A DNA stretch of 64,000 nucleotides from Sphagnum compactum (Eukaryota), in NCBI GenBank assembly GCA_965153455.1, contig OZ234494.1, forward strand, positions 6,882,001-6,946,000. Reading direction: 5' to 3'. Both the position numbers and the translations under genes were made by a program. Positions 25,421 to 38,415 of the stretch are shown piece by piece. The notes under the pieces are model-generated. The model saw nothing but the letters and a program-made list of their open reading frames with translations, ran no database searches and was not told the DNA's origin. Each line of letters opens with the position of its first letter. The first letter of the stretch is position 1.

Positions 25421-28179
25421 CAGCAAAGTACCACACCAATATGGGCATTACTTCTAATTCATTCTCCTTAGAGGAATAATTATGGATACAACTTTAGTGC
25501 ATATATGCACCATTTTTGTATCAAGCCATTATAGATTAACTTAACATGATTTTTTTGTCACCATCCTTTTTATAGTGTGGTTATTTGAACATTTTTGTAT
25601 CAATCCATCTCTTTTAATTTTGATGTCTAATTTTGGGATTTGTAGGTTTTGGGATCACCTTATGCCATGTTGCACACAATACCCCCATCCACCACGAATG
25701 GATTACATTTGTACTATAAACCAAATGATAATACCCTCATCTAATAAGGTTAGCACATTTTGTGGCCATGCTAGAACATTTAAGCAATACCTTCATTATC
25801 CTTATCATGAAATACCCGCACAATAACCTTAAGGAATTTTTAAAATATTTTTATATAATTACGTTACCCACTTTCATGAAAGGACCCCCTGGTGCATAAA
25901 CTAGTTTGTTTATGCGGGTATTGCAAACTTTTGATCTTCTCTTGTTTATGATTGGGTTCTCCGAAAAGTGTTTCAAATCACAATACCCGCATATCAACCA
26001 ACTCATGTTCATATTACATTACCCTAATCTAAACTTTTGTTTAATATATGTTTCAAATAAATAGGGGGGACATTGGGTTTAGGGATTATGAAAATTAAAC
26101 CCCACCATTTTGCCATTAATTATTTTTAAGTAACTTTTTTTTTGACATTTACATTATTTTCATAGAATATTTTTTAAGTGAATTTATGTATTCACATACA
26201 CACATATATTTAAGGAGGTTCCTATTTTTCTTTTCTTTTTCATGTATTAAAGGAGAGGAGAATGAAGGTGACTCCATGGCAAAAGTATGAATGATAAAAA
26301 AACCTTCCCACTAGTTGGGGTCCCCCCCCCAAATTAGGTCTAAAACACAAGTTTTACTGGTACTTACATAAAATTGTTTCATAGTTTTATTACAATTATG
26401 TATCCAATGTTGATAGTTTATACAATTTAGGGTTATGCAAAAATAATTCCAAAATTAGGTTTAACGCTTAATTCTAAAAAATTTAACAAAATTCCACCAT
26501 TAAAGTTATGCAACCAATTTTGTGTTTATTTAATTTAGGGTGAATGTAGGGATTTTTTGTTGCATACAAAGGTTTCAACTCAACATTTTAGGGTTGATTG
26601 TATAGGTTTGCTTAATTTTTCAAATTTAAACCTATGCATCCATTCGGTTGTAATGTCTACATAATTTATGGTTTATGCAAAAAAAAAAAAACCAATATTA
26701 AATTAAAATTTTTTTTTGGTATGAAACTATTTCATTTTTGGTTGAAGTTTTCAATTTGCAATACCGTTCCCTGTCACCTTATGTCAGATCCCAAATGCAT
26801 GCCCCAACCCCAAATTGCAATACCTAGGTAAATCTATGTTATGTAACCCCCCTTGATTTAATAATGCAAAGATTAGTTTCCTCATCATCTAAGATTATGT
26901 AAGTACATCTTGTCTATCAAATGCAATACCTACATCTATTGTATAAAAAAAATAAGAAATATCCAAAAGGTACTTATTTCTGAAAAAATTAAACCAATTA
27001 TCAATACCTTCATCTTTAGGTGTAAGCATTGACTATGGGCATGTCCCAATTTTCCAAACCTTATTTTGCAATACTTAGATCATTTGCAATGAATGTTAAG
27101 GTGATCATTAAGGCAAATTTGCCTTTATTATTGTATTGTAATACTACTAATCTACCATAGTAAGCTTATCACAATACCTACATAACTCTATATTGTGTAC
27201 CTTCACCAAAAGTTCCCTTTTAATTAATAAATATTTATCATGCATGTATTACAAAAACTTAATCTCTCATCATCTAAGGTTATTTAGGGGGATCTTGTCC
27301 ACCAAATGCAATACTTACATCTAATGGACTGAATGTAATAAAAAAAATCCAAATGATATTTATACATGAAGCAAATCCAATAAAGCAAATCATCATTATG
27401 ATGAGAAAAGGTAAGACAATTACCCACATTAAGTGGTCAAATCCCCAACTTGAAGGAATAGGGTTTTTGCAATACCTTCATCTAACATAATTATGTAATT
27501 AATACCCATGAAAGATATGAAGTTATATACAATACTCTTATTAATGCTTGTTAACCTTTAATTGTGATATACCCTAAACCTTGCAATACTTGCATGCAAG
27601 ACCAATAAAATGCCATAAGAAACAAAATGGGTAAGCATTACCCACATATTGACCTGGTGATTATTGTACAATTGACTTGCAATACCCACAATGTATAGGG
27701 TGGTAGATCAGTTGTACATGATGCAAATATGTAATACCCACCTTTATATGACATTTGAGTGACATATTATTGTTTGGGAGTTTTAGAAGATATGTGATAT
27801 ATAACCTTAGCAATGTAATTTTAACTTTCAAACCCTATATGTTCACTAACACAAAAATCAATGCATTAACACGTAAATAATCTATTGTTTGACACAATTG
27901 TAATATCATGCACATTTTAGTAATGGAAAATCAAAATGGGGGATAAGTACAAATAAGTTTGTGTTATTTACTCATGAACCTTCTTTTTACAGATATTTCC
28001 ATGTTCTAACATCGTCTCATGCCAATCCTTCATCCGGTGCACTAAATTGACAAGTCCATCATTGATGTAATGAAATACCATGCCATGATGCATGATTTCA
28101 TTCGCCTTGGAAAGGCGAACACTTCATACATTTGTTGCAATAACACGCAACAAGGACGTGGTGTGGTCTATGAGTTGAA

Positions 28180-30720
28180 CCCCACCTTTTTTGCATTCGT
28201 TGATAATTTCTTACATTATGTCACCCATTCGAGTAAACGTTTTTTCCATGGGGGTGGATGAACTTGAAGGTTGGTTGTGATCCTTCTTATTTTCCACATT
28301 AGGGGAGATATCATTTGGTGTCAAAAGCCCACACATATCAACAACCCATGGTTCTTCAGAGTGATCTTCATCAGCCTCTTCATCATTAAATTCATTATCA
28401 TAAATGTGCAAATAGGTAGGCCCGCAAACATGGCGACAAAACCTCCACGATCAGATCCATACCATGTCCCACAATATTGAATGATATTTTCTTTAGTGAG
28501 ATCGATGCATGTAAGAACAACAACAACTTGATGTTTGCACAAGTTTCCATGCAACGCCCATTCACATGTGTAACAAACATACTTGGTGAAAGGAAATGGG
28601 ACCTTGTATGTCATATTTGGGTATTGTTGGTTTCGTACCATCCATGCATGGCCAGTTTCATTTGAATCATTTATCCCATGGGTGACATGGGTGTGAAGGA
28701 TCAATGTGGTTTTTTCAATGTTTGTTTTCACAATGTGTTCCACAACCTTATTTTTGATAAACGTGTGTTTCTTCATTTTAGCTTGTGCATGTAGTGTCTT
28801 GTAACTATTGTTGTGAGTCTCCACAGTAACTTATCAATCGACTGATCTCGAAGCCCTTTTGTTTCCAAAGAAAACCAACGTTTTAATGCCCCATGGTAAA
28901 ATTCAATTGATGCTTGTGTGTCCTGGTTTGAATGTGGCACTTGTCGAAGCCCCACCATCCACAAATCTATAACAAGATACAAAATTTACCCACATGGGAT
29001 TGCTAAATCCATCATTGGTATTTTTACATTAATTGAAAGAGTGAATATTTTGGGATATGCACAACATGGTGCAACAACAATAATGGATTGAAAGTTAATT
29101 CACGTACCAACTTGGAAATAATAGGTCCAAAAGTACCGAGTCCATGAATCACCGGACAAATGTTGGGTGAAGATTTCAATGATTTTGTTTCTCCCACGAG
29201 TCATGAAAGTTTCAATGCTTTCATTTGGTCAATGGACATGTATATGATGGTTTAAAGGTCATCCAATGTTATACGTTGCACCTCATTGTCTTTGATTTTT
29301 TCCATCGAACATAAACGCTAAGCCTTTAAGACATGCCATGCGCAAAGGTAAATGGGCACTTGATCTTTGCCCCACACAATCCTAACCATGCATAAAATAC
29401 CAATTTATTATCATTTCAACTAATAACATTATTTACAGTGGAGAAAGTGAGATAAAATTTTGAAATGGTTGCATGTACATAAAAGCTCAAAAAATGTAAA
29501 ATGAGAATAAAATTCACTATAATGTTCGTAACTCTTGTGGAGAATCGTCAACGATGAAACATGAAGGTTTCCACTTAGGGTTTTTCCTTAGAAGCTTTGC
29601 TTTCAAAGGAGTTAGCCATTCCACCAGATCATTACATGTTTGGCACCTTATAATGATCCATGCAATTGGCACTCTGGTGTGATGTGCATCAAACACCATC
29701 AATGTGAATAAGTGAAATTTCACATCATTGGTGTCGAAGGTGGCATCCATTGAGATTGCCCCATTATCATCTAATAAAACCATGGCTTGCAATTGAAATG
29801 GGATTGTATTCCTATTGTGAATGGGACATGAATCCCATTATCTTCATTTGCATCTTGAAAATAAAACACATCATTTAGATGACTAAATGCCCATGTGTGA
29901 AGGGAAATGGCCGGATTTTTGTGTTCACACCAATTCCTTCTTTTGTGTTTACGATCCAAGTAAGCAATGTTTTGTTGCCTAATGAAATCATCTTTTGTCC
30001 TTGCTTCTCTTGCATTGATTCTAGCCCACCATATTGCCTTATGTTTGTCATATATTTGCTTGACGGTGTAACCTAAACCCAATTGAGTCCAAATGTGGTC
30101 CTTGAGGGCTTGTGACATTCGTGGGGCAAAAAAAATGGTCGTGCAATGGAATCAAGGTCATGTTTGCCATGCGCAAGCTCACCATTGGTTCGTGTATGTG
30201 GTCGATGGTAGAAGATTATCTCCGCCACCTCGGGTCGTGTGTATAATCGCCTAATAAAAAATTGAGCTTAACAACCTTGTTTAATGGATCGATGGTGGTT
30301 TGGGTTTCTGCAATTGTCTTTTGGTCCATACCCACATGCATACCTACAGAATGTGTAATCAATTTAGGACATAAGGTTTGGTACAATATGAGATTAAAAA
30401 ACAAGTTCCGTATAACAAGAGTGAACAATAGAACATCATACCAAATATGGCCGAAATGGTTTTGGATTCTTGGCATTTTTACATTTTCTTATGGGGGTAC
30501 TCGCTTATAAATGTTTCACTCCATCGGGGAGTCTTCATGGCTTCGTTCACAGTTTAAATTTTTTGAGATTCGTGCATGTGAGATGTATGCACATTCGACT
30601 TCGATTATATGTGCCCTTCCATGTCAAACATCCTTTTTCCACACCAAATCCATGTTGTTAAAGGGTGACTTCATTAGGTTTTGGATCTCAACAGATTGAA
30701 ATTTTGAAACACAACCCATG
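28180..30720 (-). mobile_element. Degenerate intron-containing MULE transposase with a SWIM zinc finger
   Basis: Minus-strand motifs: YACGYGPKD..KQGC*AQFFIRRLY..IIFYHRPH..FAPRMSQALK; DVFYFQD..PFTIGIQ; AISMDATFDTNDVKFHLFTLMVFD..VPIAWII..WKPSCFIVDD; IYLCAWHVLKA; QDTQASIEFYHGALKRW; SWIM CYTCEWALHGNLCKH. Several frameshifts and stops. Confidence 0.92.
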
Positions 30721-31014
30721 TTTGAAACTATGCATTGAGTTGATTGTATAAGAAAAGATGATAAATTGATGTAAGTGTCCAAAACTTTATACTTGCAATA
30801 TGTTGAATTACATTTTAATTGTCATATTCAATATTAATGCAAATGTACATGTTCTAAGTACTTGATTTGTATCCCTCATCTAAACCTTATACAATCATAC
30901 ACATAATACCCTAAATGCTAAGTATGGAAAACATATGATATGGTCTATCGCCATAATTGTAAATTATAATACTTGCAAGTTTATTTTAAATCCATATTAT
31001 CTATGGATAACTTA

Positions 31015-31430
31015 AATGTAATACCCACATGATAGTCAACAAATTACACTATTTATGGAAGAGGGAAATGCAATACATGCATGACAATTTAAAGATGCAC
31101 ACTATATGTGGAGGCAAAATGAAATACCCACATTATGACCCTAATCCACGTTATATGTGGGAGCACTAAATGCAATACTTACATGACAATTTAAAGATGC
31201 ACACTATATGTGGGGGAAAAATGTAATACCATTATGACCCTAATCCACACTAGATGTGGGAACCCTAAATGCAATACTTGCACGACAATATATGGATGCA
31301 CACTATGTGTGGGGGCAAAGTGCAATACTCACACTATGACCCTAATCCCCAGTATATATGGGAGAGGGAAATGCAATATTGGCATTATGACCTAAATCCA
31401 CGCCATTTATGGGAGGCCAAAATGCTAAAT
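31015..31430 (+). repeat. Degenerate ~45-bp tandem repeat upstream of the MULE transposase
   Basis: Recurring CACTATATGTGGG..AAATGCAATAC units, with two alternating sub-variants (ATGACAATTTAAAGATG and ATTATGACCCTAATCCAC). Confidence 0.75.
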
Positions 31431-32569
31431 CCATATATCAAACATGGAACATTCTTAATGGAATTTGACAACTGTACTAAAACAATCCAAGGAGATTAAT
31501 TTCCTTAAATTAAAAACAAAACAATAGAAAAAAATGATTAAGAAAAAATATCATACCATTGATGTTAAAGGATGATGTCACATTCAAAGGAGTTGTATCT
31601 TGATTTGAAACAAAACCTAAATAAATCAACACACATTTCATTAAACCTTCAACTTAAAACCTTAAATAATCTTAATGGTAAATGTTCTCAACCTAATGAT
31701 TATACAAATAGTTACAAATGGAATACAATTTTTTTTTATAACAACTATGTTTTGAATTTTAAAATTAATCAACAAAAAATTATAATGAATGGAAGCATTA
31801 ACCTTTGAATTTAAAACTAATCACCCTGAAACATTTATCTATAACTTTTTAAAAATATAATGGTAAATGTCATAAAAATTAATAACTCTATAAACATATA
31901 TAAATGACATACAAAATAATCTTCTAGGCATGAGTGATGAATTGAAATTGAAACGCAATGAAAAAAATAATTAAATGGATAAAATAAAAGTATATTTTAT
32001 TACCTTTAGTGTGGTCACTTCAACTTGAGGGCCCAAGTTGAGATCTTCTTCATTCACCTTGAAAAGAGATAAAATGAGTCTTGTTGCAAATATTTGTATG
32101 TGAAAATTTAGTCAAATTTTCCCGCAAAATCCAACCTAGTATTGATTTTGATTAATATTAAAAATTGTGCAAATATTCATAAATGTTTGATATTTTTTTA
32201 ATTCTAAATTTATCAAGCCTATTCCTTAATAAAATTAAATACATCTTGCATTAAATGGTCCAAAGTGGAGGTAGAGGATTACCGCCAAAAAAATTCCTGC
32301 AATTGCAATACCCACATTTGGGGTTAATGACTTATTGTCATCACGAGTTTGAATCAAGCTACGAATAGATGTACAACTCCTTTGCAATACCCACATTTTA
32401 CATTATAAGTTTTGCAATCAAAATCCACAATTTGCAAATGCATAGGTAAGTATGATGGCGTGTGGGTAGGTAGGTTTTGTTAATAAGTAAATGTTTTGTT
32501 AATAATTAAAGTGGCATCACCAAAAAAAATATTTATTATCTTAGTTAATTTCTAGAGTAGGATTAAGTA

Positions 32570-33340
32570 GAAGTTTAATCAGTAAGATATATAGATTTTG
32601 CCAAGAAATAAAAGTTTAGTCAAGAAAAAATATAGATTTAGCTAAGAGATACAAGTTTAACCAAGAAGAAGTATAGGTTTAACTAAAAAGAAATATAGCT
32701 TTCACCAAGAAATACAAGTTTAACCAAGAAGAAATATAAGTTTAACTAACAATAGGTTTAGCCAAAAGATAGAAGTTTAACTAGTAAAATATAAATTTAG
32801 CCAAAAAGAGATATAGGTTTAGCCAAAAGGTATAAATCTAACCAATAAAATATATATGTTTAGCCAAAAGATAGAAGTTTAGCCAAAAGATGTAAGTTTA
32901 GCCAAGAAATATAAATTTAGCTAAGAGATATAAGTTTAGCCAAGAAGAAATATAGGTTTGGTCAAGAAATAAAAGTTTAGCTAGTGAAATATACATGTTT
33001 TGCCAAGAAATAGAAGCTTAGCCAAGAAGAAACATAGGTTTAGTCACGAAATAAAAGTTAACTAGTAAGATATATAAGTTTAGTTAAAAGATAGAAGTTT
33101 TGCCAAGAGATAGAAGTTTAGCCAAGAAGAAATATAAGTTTAGCGAAAAAATAAAAGTTAACTAGTAAGATATATAAGTTTAACCAAGAGATAAAAGTTT
33201 AACTAGTAAGATATATAAGTTTAGCCAAGAAGAAATATAAGTTTAGTCAAGAAGAACTATAAGTTTAGTCAAGAAGAAATATAGGTTTAGCCAAGAAATA
33301 AAAGTTTAGTCAAGAGGAGATAAGAGTTTTGTCAAGGTAA
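32570..33340 (+). repeat. Tandem array of ~21-24 bp units, about 30 copies, near the putative MULE right end
   Basis: Variants of AAGAA(GAA)ATATA(A/G)GTTTAGCC repeated head to tail. Confidence 0.85.
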
Positions 33341-33837
33341 GTAAGGGATTAATTATTAGTTCATAGGCAAGGCTAAGATTTAGGTCAACAAGGTAGCTAG
33401 ATGGGTGGGTAGTATGGAGGTCAGGGTTGGGAAAAAATTGGCAATTAAAAAAAAATGGGCAAAGGTTAGCAGCCAAAAAAGATTGAGTGTGGTAGAATGT
33501 TGGTTAACGTAAGATAAAGAGGCGAATGAAAAAGAGGCGAATCATCCAGCCCATCCTATGGACAGAACGGCCAACCGGTGCAGTCATGGGGGCTGGTGAA
33601 CAGATCCCTTGCGGTCATCAGGGCGGTTCTTAGGAATCGTAACCATGGTTCTCTAAAAATGAAACGATCGCTCACAAAATGGCTCATTCATGGCCAGTCT
33701 TTTCATAAGAACCGCCGGTCTTTAAATTTTTTAATTTTTTGGGTTGGAAACAACTGGGACTGACCTACCAACCGACCGTTCTTTGGTTCTGATTAATTTT
33801 TTCCACGAATTGGAATGGCCAATTCTCTGATTCTGTG

Positions 33838-33906
33838 AACCCTAAACCCTAAACCCTAAAATCCTAAACCCTAAACCCTTAAAACCCTAAACCCTAAACC
33901 CTAAAA
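33838..33906 (+). repeat. Interstitial Arabidopsis-type telomeric repeat (CCCTAAA)n, about 9 units
   Basis: AACCCTAAACCCTAAACCCTAAAATCCTAAACCCTAAACCCTTAAAACCCTAAACCCTAAACCCTAAAA. Confidence 0.92.
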
Positions 33907-36900
33907 CTGAAACCGACGGTTCTTTATCAATTCAAATAACCGCACAAGACTGGTTTAAACTTTAAATGAGATATGGATTTTTTTTGTTTGGTACTATCCA
34001 AGTTGGCTACATACACATGGCTCTCCAAAGACATGCAAGGAGGCCCATCTTCTTTTCTAGCTTGCAGCTCTGGTCTTCACACAAGTTGGATTGTTGTTGC
34101 TGGTGGGTCAGTTTGCTTGCTGCCTTGCCTTGCAAGTGTTTGATTTTGTTGGTTTCATGAACTGTTGAGCAGACATGGCTTCTTCAGTGGCTGGGGTGCA
34201 CATGGAGGCAGCCTGTTTCTCCAAAATACCAAACATGAATTGGCATGGTTAATAATGCCTTTTCTATTGAGTCTATTTCAACTTGCACATGCATGGGTAG
34301 TGCACAAAATTTGAAATACTATTTCTTGTGTCATAAGCAGGGTTTTGTCTTTTCCAAAATTTTAATAAAAAATTTGACTATTTTTCCCCCCCCAAAATTT
34401 AGCAAAATTTAATTGAATCTACAATACAAAACAATTTTAAAATTCCAAAAAAAATCCCTTGTTTTTATTTTTTTTGAAAAAAGAGAAAATTACTTTTCCC
34501 CAACAAGAAACATTTTCTTTCTTAATGTTGATCCTGCTTCTTACAAAGTTAATGTTCATCATGCTTCTTACTTATTATTATTGCTTGTCCTACTTAATTT
34601 TCTTTGTCTTGCTAATCAAGCTTTTGTGCGCACTCTCTACTTGGTGCTCACCCACCCAAATGCTTCCTTTTTTAGTTTCCTTATTTCCCAGGTCAACTTT
34701 TCATGAAACTAATGTTTTAATTGCCCCAAGCTACTAGACGAGCATGTGTAGATTTTGGGTGCACCCATCCAATTGATGGGTTGTTTTGAAATCTGCCCAT
34801 CTACTTGTTGGGTTTCTTTTCAAAATATGAATGTTGGGTAACTGATTTGATCATGCCTCTATATCATTTTATTTTATTTGGGTTATCACTTGCCTTTTTG
34901 TATCACAAGGTTTCACATCACCATGAAATGTAAAAAAAATTCATATGACTAATTTTAGACATGAAATTTGTTTGATAAACATACAAATAATTAGCTTCAA
35001 TTCTTTTAAATCTTATTAAAACGAGATTCTTAAGAAATTGATCTCAAAGATTACACAAGAATTGATTAGAATAAAACATGTCAATTTATATATATATATA
35101 TATATATTAAAAAAGACATAAAATTTTAAAATTAATTTGATGTTATAAAAACTTCAATAAGGCTTTGATGTAGATTTTTTTATAAATAATTTAAAAATTG
35201 TTAATTGATTAATTTGTTTATATTTTTGTAGTTTTTTATATTATAAAAATTTATTATTGCCCTAAGATAGTAGACATGCATGTATGATTTTAAGTTTTAC
35301 CAAGCATGTATGGGCAAACGCAACTAGTTGTGCTTGTCTTCACAATGAGATCTTTCATCCCTTCCCTCCCCTCACCCACCAAAAAAATTAATTTAATTTT
35401 AAAATTTAATTTAAAAAAAAAGTGTTTGGCTTACAAAAAGAGGAGGGGCTTCCCTTACAATGTGCTCTACCAGCCTGTCTCTTCAGCTTTGTCAACAAAG
35501 AAAAGCCCACCAAGAGTTGACCATAGCTATAGGGGTGATTGGAGCTGATCCAAAGCCTGAGCCCTCCTCCAGCCTCCCCCCTCCTCCTCCTCCCCCTCAT
35601 GACAAAAGGCTGAATTAGGTCAGCTGTTGGGTGGGCAGGGTGGGTCACTTGGAGTCAGTGACACAGCCAAGAGTAAGACATTGTTGGCAGCTATGGCAGC
35701 TATGGCAGTGTGTATAACTTAGAGAGATTCATGTACATGTTGTTTCCCAAAGGAATGTAGTATGTAAGTGGCAACTAGGTACTGAAATTTGCAATCAGTA
35801 GTCAAGCTTCCAACTTGTTGTGCACTTATTATGCACCCCAACTCCGCCCACTATTTCAACTTTACTCGCATCCATGTGCTTGCTCTTGGTTGTTGGCATT
35901 GCCTACCAAGACAAGGAAGGATATTGTTGTGTTTAGATTCATTATAGAGTATAGTAGCTTAAGGGATTTTAATAGGCCCCTAGGTAATTATAATAGGTCT
36001 ATTTTGAAACGAGGATTTTTGAAAGATGATTATTTTGGCTTGTGTTGAAACTTGAGATTAGTTATTATAGAGTTATGATATCTTGAAGGATTTTGATTTC
36101 TTTCAAGGGATTTTCTTGAAGATTATAGTTTTGCACGGTGAAACCATCCAAGAAGAACAACTTATGTCCCATTAGTTGCAAATGTGACCAATTTAATTGT
36201 AACCCTATGCTATTGAAGGTTTCAAATTGAAGGTCTAGTCCTTATTATATCTCTCCTCCATTGGTCACACTAGTTGACACCACATACACACACACTTCTC
36301 CATGCTAGGGAGTGACAAAGTAGACAAACACTTCATTACTTGTTTAGGTTTTCGATAATTTCTCTCTCTCCTGGACAACTCCATTTTGAAGGATAAAAAA
36401 TTAAGTTCTGAAATTCCCAAAATAAAATAGTTATAAGGAAAATATTTCCACCAAGCCTGTGTTTAGACAAGCTTATAACTTGATGATCATCAAGCAAGCA
36501 CTAGAGACATTCATGGTATGGCTGTTTAATGAGAATCTTCGATGGAATCCTAAATGACACAAGATGTTAAATGGGAGTTAGTTTAACATTAAATGGATAT
36601 TAACTCATCATCAAATCTTCAAAAGACATCGTTTTTAAAATAAAAACACAATAGTAGGTAGTGGCCCATAAACGTAAACAAGGCTCTAAGTCAATGTTAC
36701 TTGATGTTTTTTCATGGTTTTTTTGTAGGTGTGAATGAGTCGCAAAAATTAATTAACTAACTTTTAAGTTAATGTTAACTACCGTAACTCATTTTCTTAT
36801 AAAAATGATGTTATTTAAATATTAACTTAATTAACACTATAAAATCGAACACTAAGTTTGATTGAAGCTTTAGTAAGACACAACTTGTTTGGCTCATGTG

Positions 36901-38159
36901 TGGGTTAGGGAAGGCTTACATAGTAGGATGTCAACTCTACCTAAAGGGAAGATATCAAGGTTGATCAGTTCTTGGTTTTTACATGAACTATGAAGTCCAA
37001 TTCTAGAGTTATATTTTAAATGTAAGACCTTTTAGTTTCAAGTTTAGGGAATTATTTCAAAAATCAAAACCCATGCATTTGAAGGCTAGGTCTAATTTTC
37101 TTAACCAACAATTTCAAATTAGGTGACTCCAACTTTTACAAGAACCTTTAATTTTGAGTTTAGACAAAGGCCAATTCCAATTTATTTTTGGGAAGGTTCA
37201 AAAGTTGATTTTTAAATGGTTTTGATTTTGATATTTTTTGGTGTTCCCAAAATGTTCCTACCATGTTGTCAAAAAAAATTCATGATGTTCTTTAAGTTCC
37301 TAAAGTTCCCAAAGTCTTCCCCAACATGTTCCCAAAAGCAACAACATGGAACAACAAAGAATAATTAGCCAACAATTGTCTACGTTCACATGGGCTATAT
37401 TTGGGCTTTTATCCAACACATATAAAGAACATATCAACATATTTGTGTACATGCTAATTTAATGTTATAATTGGAGATGCCTTTATATATTAAATGTTAA
37501 GGTTAGGTCTTATGAACCTAGAACTTTATAACTTAGACATACGACTCTAGAACCTAGAAACCATAAACAATGTGTAAATTAAAAAACCTTAGTCCCTACT
37601 TAACCCTAAGAATTGGACCATGTAAAAAACCTTTACTTGTTAGGTCTAATTTTTGGCTAGGTCCAAATCCATAAAAACTTGTTGGATAGGATGTTAAGGC
37701 CATGTTTGGGTCCACGTAGAACTGTTTGGCTTTTGGCCAATTCCAAGTCCATGTAGACCTATTGGGTTTGGTTACCACACTCCAATTTGAACCCAATCAA
37801 AAACTTGAAATTTGCGAACACTAGTAGATATTTCACATAAGTGTAGTTTTTTTTGTAAATGAACTTTTTGATTTTAAATTGTGACTAATAAAGTTATCTT
37901 AAATTTTATACCTTGTCCACTTTTGTTTTCACACCCTTTGGGCCCCATATTTCTTTCCTCATGCCCTCATTGACTTATTCTTAAAGTCCCAAAAAGTCAA
38001 AACCAAATGTAAAAACTCAACATGGGATTTGAAAAAGTCAAAATCAAATACAAAACTTCCAAATGATTATAATAACATTGTTTTCAACTATGGGCGGCCC
38101 AACATAAGTCTATGTTACATGGGCTTTTTAAGTTGTAAGTTTGTAATTAAGTTGTATAG

Positions 38160-38415
38160 GCTTGAAATTTTAGGGTTGGGGTTTGAAGGCTAGGTCTTTT
38201 AAGGTTAAGGATTATGGTTTTTAGGGTTTAAGGTTTAAGTTTTGAGGTGTAGGTTTTGGATATTTAAAGTTAGGGTTTTGGGGTTTACTTTTAGGGTTGA
38301 AGTTTTGAATTTAACTTTGAAGGTTTAGTTTTTGGAGTTTAGTTTTTTATTTTTAAGGGATTTTCCAAAAAAGTTGAAGATTAAGGTTTTTAGAGTTTAA
38401 AAGGTAAGGTTTAAT
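38160..38415 (+). repeat. Highly degenerate TTTAGGG-like array
   Basis: A run of TTTAGGG, TTAAGGT and TTTGAGG variants with ~7-8-bp periodicity. Confidence 0.6.

Larger units (their letters stand above)
20366..33608. mobile_element. Putative ~13.2-kb Mutator-like element (MULE); boundaries tentative
   Basis: CCCCCATGACTACACCAGTT (20383-20402) and AACCGGTGCAGTCATGGGGG (33573-33592) are inverted with 18/20 identity and extend loosely to GGG/CCC ends. They enclose a MULE transposase relic, a convergent ORF and subterminal arrays. No convincing TSD. Confidence 0.5.
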
